A stretch of DNA of 64,000 nucleotides from the NCBI GenBank assembly GCA_951804945.1, contig OX638149.1:14694001-14758000 (forward strand). Reading direction: 5' to 3'. Position numbers and translations under genes: made by a program. Under the pieces are notes generated by a model. It searched no databases. It saw nothing but the letters and a program-made list of their open reading frames with translations, and was not told the origin of the DNA. Source of the stretch: Podarcis cretensis. Its lineage: Eukaryota. Positions 36,042 through 48,146 of this stretch are shown here, in pieces (positions within the stretch are counted from its first letter, which is position 1; each line of letters opens with the position of its first letter).

Positions 36042-36201
36042 TACAATTGTAGAGTTAGAAGGGAACCCAAGGGTCATTTAATCCAACCGTCTGCAATGCT
36101 GGAATCTCAACATGCAGTTCCCCCATCCACTTTGAAACCACACCAGCCCCTGCTTAGCTTTGCAAATGTGCTAGCAAGTTTTATAGCTGCACCACTAGGA
36201 G
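36042..36201 (-). mobile_element. Putative 5S-rRNA-derived SINE with CR1 tail
   Basis: Minus strand AAGCTAAGCAGGGGCTGGTGTGGTTTCAAAGTGGATGGGGGAACTGC aligns by eye to the 5S internal control region (AAGCTAAGCAGGGTCGGGCCTGGTTAGTACTTGGATGGGAGACCGC), followed by a CR1 3' end (GAGATTCCAGCATTGCAG...TTCCCTTCTAACTCTACAATT). Confidence 0.6.
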
Positions 36202-36841
36202 GGAAATGGCGCAGCACACTCCTAGTGGTGCAGCAGTAAAACTGCTAGCATATTTGCATAGCTAAGCAGCGTGAAGTAATTCCCCTAAAATACACCCACA
36301 CCCAGCTATGCTGCAAACATTGTGACCTGCAACTAAATGGGGAACCGCGAGAAACACAGCAAAAGCTTTCTACCTTCTCTTTAAGTTTGCACAACAAATC
36401 TGTACCTGAAAGATTGGGGGGGGGGACCTGTGTACTCTTATACAGAAGGCTGTTCCCTCACCACAAGACAAACCCCCAAAGAAAAAGCCCATGTAGTTTA
36501 ATCTTTAGATAAGCAGAACTGTCAACATCTAGCCTTAGAGTCTATGTCAGTTCCTGATCTGCGTAGGGAACACTTAATGAGGTATTGAAAATGCAGTTAC
36601 TGCAAAGTCAACAATGTTTACACACCCTACTGAATGAACTAGAGCAGGCAAAAGTGCCTCAGTTAAGCATGCTACTTCTGGACCCGAAAAAGCAGGGAGG
36701 TCGCATATTTTTTAATGTGTCACTTGTTTCCCTAATAACCAGAATGAAGTTAGCAGAACTTGAGCCTAGTTCTTAATTCCACCAAGAAATCTGTTTTTCG
36801 AACTGGAGTCCCACAGGCACAAACAGTAAGTGGATGACATG

Positions 36842-36977
36842 CAGGCATGGCCAAACTTGGCCCTCCAGCAGTTTTGGGACTACAACTCCCATCATCCCTA
36901 GCTAACAGGGCCAGTGGTCAGGGATGATGGGAACTGTAGTCCCAAAACAGCTGGAGGACCAAGTTTGGCCATGCCTG
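36842..36977. mobile_element. Palindromic hAT-type MITE
   Basis: TIR CAGGCATGGCCAAACTTGG / CCAAGTTTGGCCATGCCTG; same family as 11086; no TSD evident. Confidence 0.85.
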
Positions 36978-37397
36978 CTAGAGGTATGAGTGAGCAATCA
37001 TAGGGTTCCCACTTACGAGTTTTCCAGCTGTTGATCACATGCTCCAAGCCCTACCCATTTGTGGGTGGAGCTTGGGACCAATGAATGACAACCACATTGC
37101 AGGTTCCAGTGGAGGTCCTTAATATTTTCACACCCTTGCCCTTCAGCTCAAAGGATGATAAGGTGAGGGTGGGGGAATTCAGCTCCTATGCTAATGGACG
37201 CCCCAGCAGCCTTCATTTTTCCACGGGAATGCAAGGGAAGAATTAAGTTGTTTGTATTTTTTTCTTATACAGGGCCTACTGGAGAAGTAATACTTTGGCC
37301 AGAGCGTCTCGAATGTCAACTTGAGAGCAACACCATTCAGCCACAATTCCTAGAGTGTAGATTTGGGGAACTGTCCGGTAAAGTAGAGCTAATGCTT

Positions 37398-37432
<35 letters not shown>

Positions 37433-40122
37433 TGGGAAAGGGGTATTGAGTGAGTGGACTAAAGTCCTTCCCTAAAGTAAAAGAGCATCCTTACTTCAGC
37501 TCTCTCTGTATGTATTTTTGTTGTTTTAAGTGACCGCAAAGCGACGGAACAACAGCAACAGTTGCATTACCAACAATTTTCTAACAAAGTCAACTCTATA
37601 AGCAGAGCACTTGACATTTTGGCCCACAATACCGCACTGAAGAGGAAAGCCACTTCTAACAGAAACTTTACTGGCAGTTCCAATTATTTGTCCTACAAAG
37701 TCGCTGCTTTACATTACGGCTCACAGAAAGGCATACGCAGCAGGACAAGAGACCAAAATGGCATTTTGATTGACATCTGATGTTGACTGAAGGCCACTTC
37801 TCACCCTGCATTTCAAAAGCAAAGAACTCTCCTCCCTTTCTTTGGAGAGAAAGAAGAAAAAGAAAAACATGCAAAGTATTTTGTTTGAGTAATACATTTA
37901 TCTGGCCCCCAGCCAGACCCGTGAACTTCAAAACTGCAGAGAAGTTTTGGCAGTTCATGGTTCTGGCTGGGAGCCAGATGTGCATATTCCCCCCATTCCA
38001 GAAAGACATTTGCATGCTTTTTGAAAGACATGAGCTTTATCCTGTGTATTTAAATGGTAACACGAGACATAGACCTCATTCCTCCCAGATGCAATGAGGA
38101 AAATCAATGTCTTCTGAGACCAAGATTTGGGGAATAACCAGACTTAATAAATCACAATGAAACTATTAAATTCTATCCCATTTGCCTTCGCTTTTATTCC
38201 AAAAAGCAAAAAAGTAAATAAATAAAAATGCTGGTCTATTATATTCCTGTGTGCTCCATCTACATTCAGTTCATTTCAAGAGTGATGTTTCTGCAATAAC
38301 CGTGCAAATTTGCAGATTGCTAGTGTGATCGATGGGTGCAAGAAGAGTTCTTGTTTGGGACTTTAAAACAAACAAACCAAGAGGAGCATAATAACTGCTT
38401 TGCTGGATCAGACCAAGGTCCATCCAATGTCCAGCATCTGTTGTCCAGATGCTAGCGAGTGCTCAGAAGCAAGACAGGAAATGGAGATGGATGTGCAATC
38501 TCTTTAACATCCAAATGGACTAAAAACATAAAGCCAAATGGTGCAGAATGTGACTGGGAAGAAGAGGAGCTGCATTGCTCATTCAAAATTGGACCAGATC
38601 ACATACCCCAACAGGCGCAAAAGGCACTCAAGCCTACAACTATATTCAATATGGTAAGTATAAGAGCAATGATATAGCAGTGCTTTCAGGGGAGGGGCGA
38701 TTACATTTTAAAAGATAAAATCTATTGCACAGCAAGTGCTTAAGAAGTGCAATAACCACAATGGAAACGCTATCTTTCGGAAAGATGCCCCTTCAAAATG
38801 CACTTTCGAATACAAAATTCAGAAAATGTACTGGCACAATTTGGTGCACCGTGTGGCAAGAAAATGCCAAGAAATACGGGCTTTAAAGTTTTATTAGAAT
38901 AAACTCATGCTTTGAATACAGGAGATAACATTTCACGTGATTGTGGGCCTTTTCTAAAAGCTGGGATTTACTGGGGCCAGAGGATGTTGAAGAATTATAT
39001 CTGATCTGGCTATCCCATCTTTGCAGACTTTTAAAGTCCCAAAATGCATCACACATTACATTATATGCAGGGGAACAAGTCTGCATGGGGCCAGTACCCC
39101 ACCATATATATGGACTTTCTGGATGGGTATTGTAATTACCAGAGCTAACTTTGAAAGCAATCTGGGTTCCAACCACTATATGGTTGACATCCTTTCTCTA
39201 TGATTAATCGGATCCACTTTCTTGGAAGTTAGTCCCATTGATCTCGGTGGGACTTACTTCTGAGCATACGATTGCTGTGCCAGACACACATGAGCAAGTC
39301 ACACAAACACACACACACAGAGCACATCAGTGGACAAACCCTCAAACTTTATTGGGCTATGCCTGGGAGTCTTCAATCATAACACTGGCATTTTCTGGAC
39401 CAACAGCCAAATGGCTTACTCAAGGGGATACTTAAATTATTCTCAGATTTATAGGTTTTAATGGGCACTGACAGCAATAAACGATGCATTACAAATCATG
39501 GCTGTGCTGGCGTGCCAGGTGACAACAGAGTTTTCTCTAAATTTTATGTTTGATGTAGTAGTTCTAAGCACAAAGGGAACAACAAAAGCTTCTAGAGCCT
39601 CTATCCCATCAAGAGCCTTCCATTTACACAACTTCAGCTCCAATAGTTTCAATGGGACTTAGGCATGACCAATTTACACAGCATTGCTCCTGACCTCCTA
39701 AGCAACTGGAGACAAAAGCAATATTAAAAGTAAAGCTCAGAGTATTTAAAAACCGAATTCTCCACCCAAAATTATTCACATTGTCATTTTTCCCCCATGA
39801 CGACCTACATGAATACTCTTTAATGGCACCAACTCTTCTGAGAACAACATGGCAATATGTTGATAGTTCTGGAAGAACCCATGGGAAATTAGGGGTGCCT
39901 AAAAACCAAAGTCGACATTATAAGGTAAACACAGAGTTATCAACCCTGGATGGGGGATGTTCAACTCTTTCTCCAGCTACCAATTATCTCCTTCAAATAC
40001 ACCTCTGACCATTTTTTTACTTCACCGCCCCTTGAGGCTATGAGCCAAAACCTTAATTAGTCCAAAGATGGGGGCCTGCATTGAGCACCCAGTAGAAGAT
40101 CAAATATGGGGTTCATCAGATG

Positions 40123-40295
40123 TCCCATCAGATGTCAAAGCTACCTGACATTCAGAAGACATCTTAAGGCAGCCCTGTTCAGGGAAGCTTTTAATGGGTG
40201 ACATTTTAGTGTATTTTAGGTCTCTGTGGAAGCCGCCCAGAGTGGCTGGGGAAACCCAACCAGATGGGTGGGGTACAAATAATAAATTATTATTA

Positions 40296-40329
<34 letters not shown>
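40123..40329 (+). mobile_element. L2 3' fragment with (TTA)n tail
   Basis: Reverse complement of the L2 ends at 7932 and 54851 (GGAAGCCGCCCAGAGTGGCTGGGGAAACCC..CCAGATGGG). Confidence 0.85.
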
Positions 40330-40332
<3 letters not shown>

Positions 40333-40892
40333 AACACCCATTTGCCAAGGCAGCATCTAAATGTCAGTGAAATCAATGGGATTTACAGTTCACCCTCTAT
40401 AGCAGCGTGAGGAGCTGAAGCCAGAGTGGAAGGAAGTGTGCTGAGAAATACAGACTTCCTCAAAGTTAGTGCTGGTTCTAGGTTTTGGAACCTGAAGATG
40501 CCCTTAGTGGGGCCTGAATGGACCTTTGCTTCCACCTTCAGCTAACCCCTCGTTTGCCCTCTCCCTCTATGTCCAACCTGTACGCCTGTCCAAATAGAGA
40601 GAAGGCAAATGGGTGCTGCTGCTCACTCTATTCCCCCTTGTTAAATCCACACCACGCATTTAAAGCACTCTTATACCAAATTTAAGTTATGGAGAATCCT
40701 GGGAAGTGTAGTTTGTGAATGGTGCTGGGAACTGTAGGTGTCTGAGGTCAGCAGCCATAACAAAGTATAATTTTTAGGATTCTCTGTTAAAATTGCAGAA
40801 TATAGCTTTGAATGTCTGGTGCAGGCGTGATTGCAAAGAGAAGCCACAGCAAGGAAGAGGAGCAGCAGCAACAGTGAGGCAAAGAGGCTCTA

Positions 40893-41075
40893 GAGAAGAA
40901 GATATCCCGCCTTTCACTTCCCTTAAGGAGTCTCAAAGCAGCTAACAATCTCCTTTCCCTTCCTCCCCCACAACAAACACTCTGCGAGGTGAGGCTGAAA
41001 GACTTCAGAGCAGGGTGACCCGGTTCACCAGATTATGAGTCCACCGCTCTTAACCACTACACCATGCTGGCTCCC
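40893..41075 (-). mobile_element. Squam3-like SINE with internal deletion
   Basis: Matches 13989-14241 at both ends and lacks part of the middle. Confidence 0.8.
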
Positions 41076-41120
41076 TGAGGCTGATCCGGAGATGGAGAAG
41101 ATACCCAGCAATTCTAACAT

Positions 41121-41355
41121 AGGGAGCCAGTGTTGTACAGTGGGAACAGTGCTAGATTTGGACCGGGGAGAGCCAGGTTCAAATATCCGCTCAGCCATGA
41201 AGCTCACTGGGTGACCTGGGTCAACCACACACACACACACACACACATACTCAGCCTAACCTACCTTACAGGGTTGTTGTGGGGATAAAATGGTGATGGT
41301 GAAGGGAACCAGTACGCTGCCTTGAGCTCCTTGCAAGGAGAAATGGTAAGAAATG
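41121..41355 (+). mobile_element. Older tRNA/CORE-type SINE (Squam3/MIR-like) with internal (CA)n
   Basis: AGGGAGCCAGTGTTGTACAGTGG head, GGTTCAAAT box B, CTCAGCCTAACCTACCTTACAGGGTTGTTGTGGGGATAAAATGG body. Confidence 0.7.
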
Positions 41356-42813
41356 TACTTAACCCAATAAAATAGCAAATATCCCTGATGCCAACTCTAC
41401 TAATAATGAACCAATAGGTTCGATGAAGTGCTTATGAGTACCTAAGTAGCTAGCTGGAGCCTGGCCATGAAGTCTAAAGTATTGGGTGCATTTATTTGTA
41501 AGTGCCAAGGGTGATTAATAGCAGCAATAACAACAGGAGAGGCAAGGCTGCCGGAGTCCCACATGGAGAGCGCATGGGACAAAGGCAGTCGACAGCGGCA
41601 CTGAAACCACGCTCCTTTTTAATCCTGTTGCTGCTATGAATTATAACGTGGGAGACGGACATAAAGTATGTTATTACAGCATCATCTGTAATGCAAAGAT
41701 TAACATCTCTCCTGCAAACAGCACCCAGGGGCAAACAAACAAAGTCGGAGCCACTGAAGAACCAGACCAGCCTGCAGGCTCTACAAGTGTGTGTATATAT
41801 GATGAATGCCGAAACGCTTTCTATCATTCAGCAGTAAGAAACAAATATATACCTATCTATTCACAATGAGCAGCAGTCGGGGTTTTATCGCTCAGTCTGT
41901 CAAGGCTGTCAGCCCCAGAGAGGCATTACAATAGTTAAATATCTAATGGTACCGAAGAGCCGGAATGTCACCAATAAAGAGAGAGAGAGAGAGGGAGACG
42001 AAACAGGTGCACGCTGTCAAATTACCACCCGCTTGGAAAGTCACGATTATCGCTTTAACTATGGAATGCTACAATCCCCAGTGAAGCAAAGACAACCCCC
42101 CCCCCAACCCGAACACAACAGCTGGTACTCCCAGACCTGGAGGGAAGGGGGCGGGCAGGCAGGGAGATATCGAGATCGGTGCATGTAATGAAGGAACGAG
42201 GTTAAAGACAGGGGAATGTCAAAGGAGAAAGTGGAAAAAAGCTGGCTGTAGGGTTTTTGTTTTTTTGAGATCACACTCAAACGTCGGTGGAGCGCAGGAT
42301 AACAAAGAGCGAAAAATGAAAAAATGGAAGGCGCAAGAGAAACGAGGACCTCTGGTTGAGGAGAACCTCTGGAGATGAGTTATGGGAGTTGAGGTAGGGG
42401 CTCGGGGAGAAGCTGGCGCTTCAGATTTGCAGGGTGGTAGCCACGGGGGGGGGGGGAGTGATAGCCTGGCTTCATCACTAGCCTCCTCTCTAAATCTTCT
42501 TGAATCTTGTTTCTCATTCAGGTGTGTCCACTCTCTCAGAGCAGAGTCCAAGAAGGACCAGCCACGCTGCAGCTGCAGAAGGAAAGGAGGAGTTGCGATC
42601 CAAGAGATTGTACAGCACACCTGGAATGGGACTGACTAAACCAGGAGAGCATTTCTCATGCCTGTTTTATCATCCGGCAAAGGCACGAGATTTACAGTTT
42701 GATGATTGGTTTTTAACGTCTACCAATATTTTCCCAAAAAATATTCTATATCATTTTACGTAAACCACTTACAAGTTTGTTTGTCTATTAAGTGGCACAT
42801 AACTCCTATAATT

Positions 42814-43170
42814 AGGACGCGGGTGGCGCTGTGGGTAAAACCTCAGCGCCTAGGACTTGCTGATCGCATGGTCGGCGGTTCGAATCCCCGCGGTGGGGTG
42901 CGCTCCCGTCGTTCGGTCCCAGCGCCTGCCAACCTAGCAGTTCGAAAGCACCTCCGGGTGCAAGTAGATAAATAGGGACCGCTTACCAGCGGGAAGGTAA
43001 ACGGCGTTCCGTGTGCTGCGCTGGCTCGCCAGATGCAGCTTGTCATGCTGGCCACGTGACCTGGAAGTGTCTGCGGACAGCGCTGGCTCCCGGCCTCTAG
43101 AGTGAGATGAGCGCACAACCCTAGAGTCTGGCAAGACTGGCCCGTACGGGCAGGGGTACCTTTACCTTTT
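42814..43170 (+). mobile_element. Sauria SINE, distinct subfamily
   Basis: Full length; perfect 14-bp TSD TAACTCCTATAATT (42800-42813, 43171-43184); many diagnostic differences from the other copies. Confidence 0.93.
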
Positions 43171-43260
43171 TAACTCCTATAATTGGGACCTGCTTGAGGC
43201 CATCTGGGTGAGAACAGGACTCTGGACTAGTTGGGCCACTGGCAAGATCCAGCAGGCTCT

Positions 43261-43416
43261 TAGAATCATAGAACTGTAGAGCTGGAAGGATTCCCGGGGA
43301 TCATCTAGTCCAACCCCTTGCAATGCAGGGAATCCTGCCCACAGCCATCCCTGGTTGGGCTTGAACCACCAACCTTCTGGTTAACAGTCAGATGCACTAG
43401 CCCACGGTGCCACTGG
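43261..43416 (-). mobile_element. tRNA-Asn(GTT)-derived SINE with CR1 tail
   Basis: Minus strand CAGTGGCACCGTGGGCTAGTGCATCTGACTGTTAACCAGAAGGTTGGTGGTTCAAGCCCAACCAGGGATG resembles vertebrate tRNA-Asn (CTGTTAACC anticodon arm, AAGGTTGGTGGTTCGAGCCC T arm), then a CR1 end ...CTCTACAGTTCTATGATTCTA. Confidence 0.75.
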
Positions 43417-43789
43417 TGGCTTCTAACATTCTTAATAAATGAATAAATAAAAATGCATACAAGCAAATCTCTAGCCCAATAATGTGAATTAAGTAGTACT
43501 GTAAATAATTTTTGAGCAGAAGAGGGGGGAAAGTTGGAGGGGGAGTCCTATCTAAAGGGGGCCACCCAAACAGGCCAGTGAAGACATATTATGCCAAGGC
43601 ACCACAGAAGGTTAACTATTGGGAGGAGAAAACAGAAAACCAGGGCGCAGGGGGCTGCAGTGACAAGAATCTGAGCAGAAGCACTCAGCGCGGCAACATT
43701 TTGTTGCACTTACTATAGTCTGCTGCCTACTATCCTTGGCAGATGCTGATCAAAGACTCTTTCCAAACAGTGATTTTACCAAAGTCATT

Positions 43790-44448
43790 TCCCTTCTCCG
43801 GGGAAATGGAGCTGCGGGCTGGACGCGATCCCACCCCTTGCACAGGGGTGTGGCTAGCCCCCACGTCACAGGGAGTCCCCTCCGCGCCCTAGGCCAACCA
43901 ATCCAGTCAGCCAGGGGGTGTGGCGTGCAGCATTCAAGCAGCCCGCAGGCGGGAATTCGCCCCTTTTTTCTGATTCCCACTCACGCAGTTCTCCCGCCCT
44001 CCCTCCCTAAGATTAGGCTCTTAATCCTTTGACCTTGCTATGGACCTTGGTTGGTCACCTGTTAAAGGCGCCTGGTAGAATTTTTTTTCCACTTGTCGAA
44101 TTGGCACCAGCCATTTGGTTTTTCTCCTACCTCATAGCAAATCATCACAACTTTGTAAGGTTTGGCAATAAGGCATTGGAGTATTCGGCTGGAGGTGAGG
44201 GGAGGTAGTGGCCATCACCTACCCCTCGTATTTCAAGGGTATTCTGTTAAAGGAATCCGGGGGGGGGTGGATTGGTGTCAAATATCTTTATTCCAACACA
44301 GGGGGCGGGTTCAGGGCCTTGCCATTCAGTTTCACATTAGGCAAGGGTATTCTGTTAAAGGAATCCGGCGGGAATTGGTGTCAAATATCTTTATTCCAAC
44401 ACAGGGGGCGGGTTCAGGGCCTTGCCATTAAATTTCACATTTGGCAAG
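43790..44448. mobile_element. Unclassified GC-rich retroelement-terminal-like segment with ~105-bp tandem duplication
   Basis: Abrupt GC/CpG-rich block with CCAAT and GC boxes; tandem units at 44234-44341 and 44342-44444. Family uncertain (LTR or DIRS/Ngaro-type terminal repeat). Confidence 0.45.
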
Positions 44449-46644
44449 TGGGGTAAAACTACTCCTACATCTGAGTGTAAGTCGGGGGACCACATTTTTT
44501 TTTTAAAGGACACTGTGCAAAGAAAAGCAGCATATGAAGCAACAAGAATGCTTCTCTCTAGTTGGACTAGCTTTCCGCAGGCAGGGAGTTACCGAGAAAG
44601 GGGAACATTTTCCCTTATGTGATCTAAAGTGGAAAAGCCCCTGGAGGGTTGTATCACTTCATTCTCCTGAATGCGCAGATCCTGCCCCTGAAGACATTTC
44701 AGTTTCCATCCTGTTCCCTTTGGTTTCTATCCTGCCGGTGTTTAATAAAAACTAAGTATTACTTCACTTGCCTTAAGGACCTGTACAAATTAGGACTGCC
44801 ACCTTTTGTTTTTAAGAAAACACAGCAGCCCTGCCCTTGATGGATGATTGACACAGTGGCAGTCTCAGCAGAGCACCTGGGCTGTAGCGCTGGGTTCGCC
44901 TTGCACTGCAAAGGGTGCCTCTACGTTTGTGTGCCTTTGGCTTAGTCTAGGATTACCTTTTCGCTGAGATAGGCAAGCGTTCACAGCGCAGCTAATAGAA
45001 CAGGCTTCCAATAGCATTACTGCGGATTCACAGAAAGAATCTTGTGCAACTGAGCCTGTTGCGCAGAATGGAGAGGGAAGCATAATAACAATTATCGGCA
45101 ACGACGGTCTGGGCATTGGAGAAAAGAAAAAAAGGCAGACTCTTGCATGCCCAGAAGTCCTGAAACACTGTCAAAGGTATTATGTCTCTGAACACCAGTT
45201 GCAGGGAATCGCTCAAGTCCTGTTGATGGCTTCCCACAGGAACCTGGCTGGGCACTGTGAGAACAGGATTCTGGGCTATATTGACCACTGGCTTAACCCA
45301 GTAACATTCTTCTTATGCAATTCCTGAAGAGGAATGGCTGGAAGTGGTGGTGGTGGTGGTGTTTTACTCCCTTGTGAAGCAGACTTCAAACATTTCCATT
45401 TTACAGGCGGAGAGGGTGATAGTGGCACCACTCACTCATTTACAACTCTGGTTGGCTGCTGAAACTCGGCCTCCCATTTCCAATGCACATTCATTTCTTG
45501 CATTTTCCTTCCTTGTCCAAACCTTCCTTCCTTTCTTTTCTCCTGTCGCCACACGCGCACATACCCCTCCCACCAATCCTTTTGCTCTCTTTCCCAGTCT
45601 CCTAACTGCAGCCACCAGCCGCCCATTTGCACACCTTCCTGCATCCAGATTGATCTCATTCTCCTACGCCGATAGCCCCTCTGATCCCATTGGCTCCACG
45701 TGCCCCCTTGTTAACCCCCATCTCCAGTTGTGGATTGACTCTCCCATTCATTGCTGCAAGCCCCCCTCCTGGCTGTTCTTTTCTGTTCCAATGCCATTTG
45801 CTCTGGTCTGAAATTGCCTGCTTCTCCCGTCCCTCCCTCCTGCCTGATCCCTCAGTCCCCCTCCTGATATTCAGTCTATTAACCTCCCTGACTTCTCCGT
45901 GGCTGTCAGCCTTCGCAATCCCTCCCTTTCCCCAACTGCCATCTGCAAACATGTTCAACCCGAGCCCTCCCACTCCTGAACGCCTCCTGCAGGTTCTCTC
46001 CCCACCTAATCTCCCTTTTCTCCTCCACTACCACTGTGCCTTTGACCGGTTATTATTCTGCATATCCTCTTTTATTTGATTCGCCTACCCTCAGAATATA
46101 AACTCTTCCTAGCAGGGAGTTCGTCTCCACTACATTCATAAAGCACTGTGGAAAATGTGCAAAGCTGCATTCGAGAGGTTAAATCGCTTTCCCAAGACTC
46201 GTTGCTGACTTCCAAGTTAGGCTCAAAAAGCTTATTCAGATTAAGCACAGTTCTCCTCTCCCCGACAAGTGCTAACATAAAACAGAACACAAGCCAGGCA
46301 AACATCATTCTGTTTGCTGTTCATTAGAGAGAAACGCCACTTGAGTGCCACAGCAACGAAGAAAACAAGGGCCATGCACAGTGAAAGGAGACGGCAATTT
46401 CCAAACAATCATACTGCCTTGGCTAGCTGCTGTCCGTCATTCCAAGGTGCCAATGAACCAGACTGTGCATGCAACCCAAGAGTGACCACACTTTTAAAGG
46501 CCTCAATGCGTCAATGTGCAGTCCAAGAAGAACCGCCTGAGATCATATACACACGATTGGGAGCAACCCTCTGAACCCCCCAAGGGATTTAATGCGACAG
46601 TGCAAGAGGTCTTGGGCAGCATGTCTCAGATCATACAGTACAAT

Positions 46645-47276
46645 TGCTTAGGAAGGGCTCCAACACATGAGGAGGAGGTGACAGAGGAGGGGAATGAATG
46701 GCAGGAACCTGGGTTGGAGGAGAAGTGGTCTCCCTCCTCCCCCCCCCCCATCAGTCACTTTGGGAGGGGGAACAGGGATGTCAGTTCTTAACCCTCCCCC
46801 CTCCATAAACCTTCCTGTACAGTGGAGAGTCTTGGTGAAGACATGGGAGAGCCTGAAGCAGCCAGAAGAGAAGACAGAACAGGAGGTAGCAGCGACTGAA
46901 CAGGAGCCCAAACAGGAGGGCGCAGTCTTGTCACCTGGAACCAGGTGCTGCCTTCACAGATGGAAGCAGACCCACTCACCCCGACAGAGCACATGTTTGC
47001 AATCCCCACATTCCTGCAATGTGAGTGAGTCTCATGAGTGAGCGCGCCAAGCCTAGCCTTTAATAGCTTGGCGGGCACGGCAACTTGTTGGGACATCTTC
47101 CTTGCTTCTATCCAGTACTTAACTACTTGCCTTGCTCCTGAACTGTGACTCCTTAGCCCAATGTCTGCTGCTAAGTCTGTACCATTACATGCCTGAATCT
47201 TTTTTTAAAAAAAACAACTCACAATTAAGAGCCTCTACTTGCTTGTTTGGGGAGGGAGCCAGGCCAGAATTCCTCA
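46645..47276. mobile_element. Degraded Gypsy-like solo LTR (tentative)
   Basis: TGCTTAGGAA...GAATTCCTCA imperfect inverted termini and a GA-rich first half; no convincing TSD. Confidence 0.4.
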
Positions 47277-47519
47277 AGTCCTCTTGCAAGCACAATTAGC
47301 ACAAATACGAGTCTGTAAAGGCCTCCGAAGATCCATGCATCCACTGTGGGTATGCTTGGCCACTGTAGAATATGGGATGTTGGCCTAAATAGAGTTTATT
47401 TTTGATCCAGCAGGGATGCTCTTGCGTAATACCAAGTATTTTATCTGTCACCTTCAAATCTTGCCCTATGTACAAAGGTAAGGTGAATTCCCAAGGACAC
47501 ACCAGGAGCTTCACACCTG

Positions 47520-47685
47520 AAGGGGGAGAACACAGGCTTTGTACGAAAAAGGTCCCTGGGATCCCCAGCATCCTTCAGGTATGGCTGGGAAGAATTTCTG
47601 CCTGAAACTCTGGAGTGCTGCTTCCAGCCAAGTGTTGACAATGCTGAGCTAGATGGACCAATGGTTTGACTTGATGATGTTCCTA
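47520..47685 (+). mobile_element. Older tRNA-derived SINE (Squam2-like)
   Basis: ...CTGCCTGAAACTCTGGAG...GACAATGCTGAGCTAGATGGACCAATGG; related decayed copies near 12545-12735 (minus), 32290-32455, 34680-35095 and 50395-50500. Confidence 0.6.
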
Positions 47686-47792
47686 ATCCAGCACAATAGT
47701 GAATGCTGCACCTTAGGTTAAAACAGTGTATATCTAAGTGTGGTGTTTCCTATGTCCTGAGATTTGATTAACCCACTACTACAGACATAACA

Positions 47793-48146
47793 GGGACGCG
47801 GGTGGCGCTGTGGGTTAAACCACAGAGCCTAGGACTTGCTGATCAGAAGGTCGGTGGTTCGAATCCCCGTGACGGGGTGAGCTCCCGTTGCTCGGTCCCT
47901 GCTCCTGCCAACCTAGCATTTCGAAAGCACCTCAAAGTGCAAGTAGATAAATAGGTACCGCTCCGGCGGGAAGGTAAACGGTGTTTCCGTGCGCTGCTCT
48001 GGTTCGCCAGAAGCGGCTTAGTCATGCTGGCCACATGACCCGGAAGCTGTACACCGGCTCCCTCGGCCAATAAAGTGATATGAGCACCAGCAACCCCAGA
48101 GTCGTCCATGACTGGACTTCATGGTTAGGGGTCCCTTTACTTTTAC
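47793..48146 (+). mobile_element. Sauria SINE, full length
   Basis: GGGACGCGGGTGGCGCTGTGGG head to GTCCCTTTACTTTTA tail. Confidence 0.93.

Noticed and set aside
36110-36162. 5S rRNA gene
   Set aside because: Only a diverged internal control region is present; the 5' and 3' parts of 5S are missing.
43343-43416. Functional tRNA-Asn gene
   Set aside because: Substitutions disrupt the D and acceptor stems, and it is fused to a CR1 tail without a T-run terminator, so it is a SINE or pseudogene.
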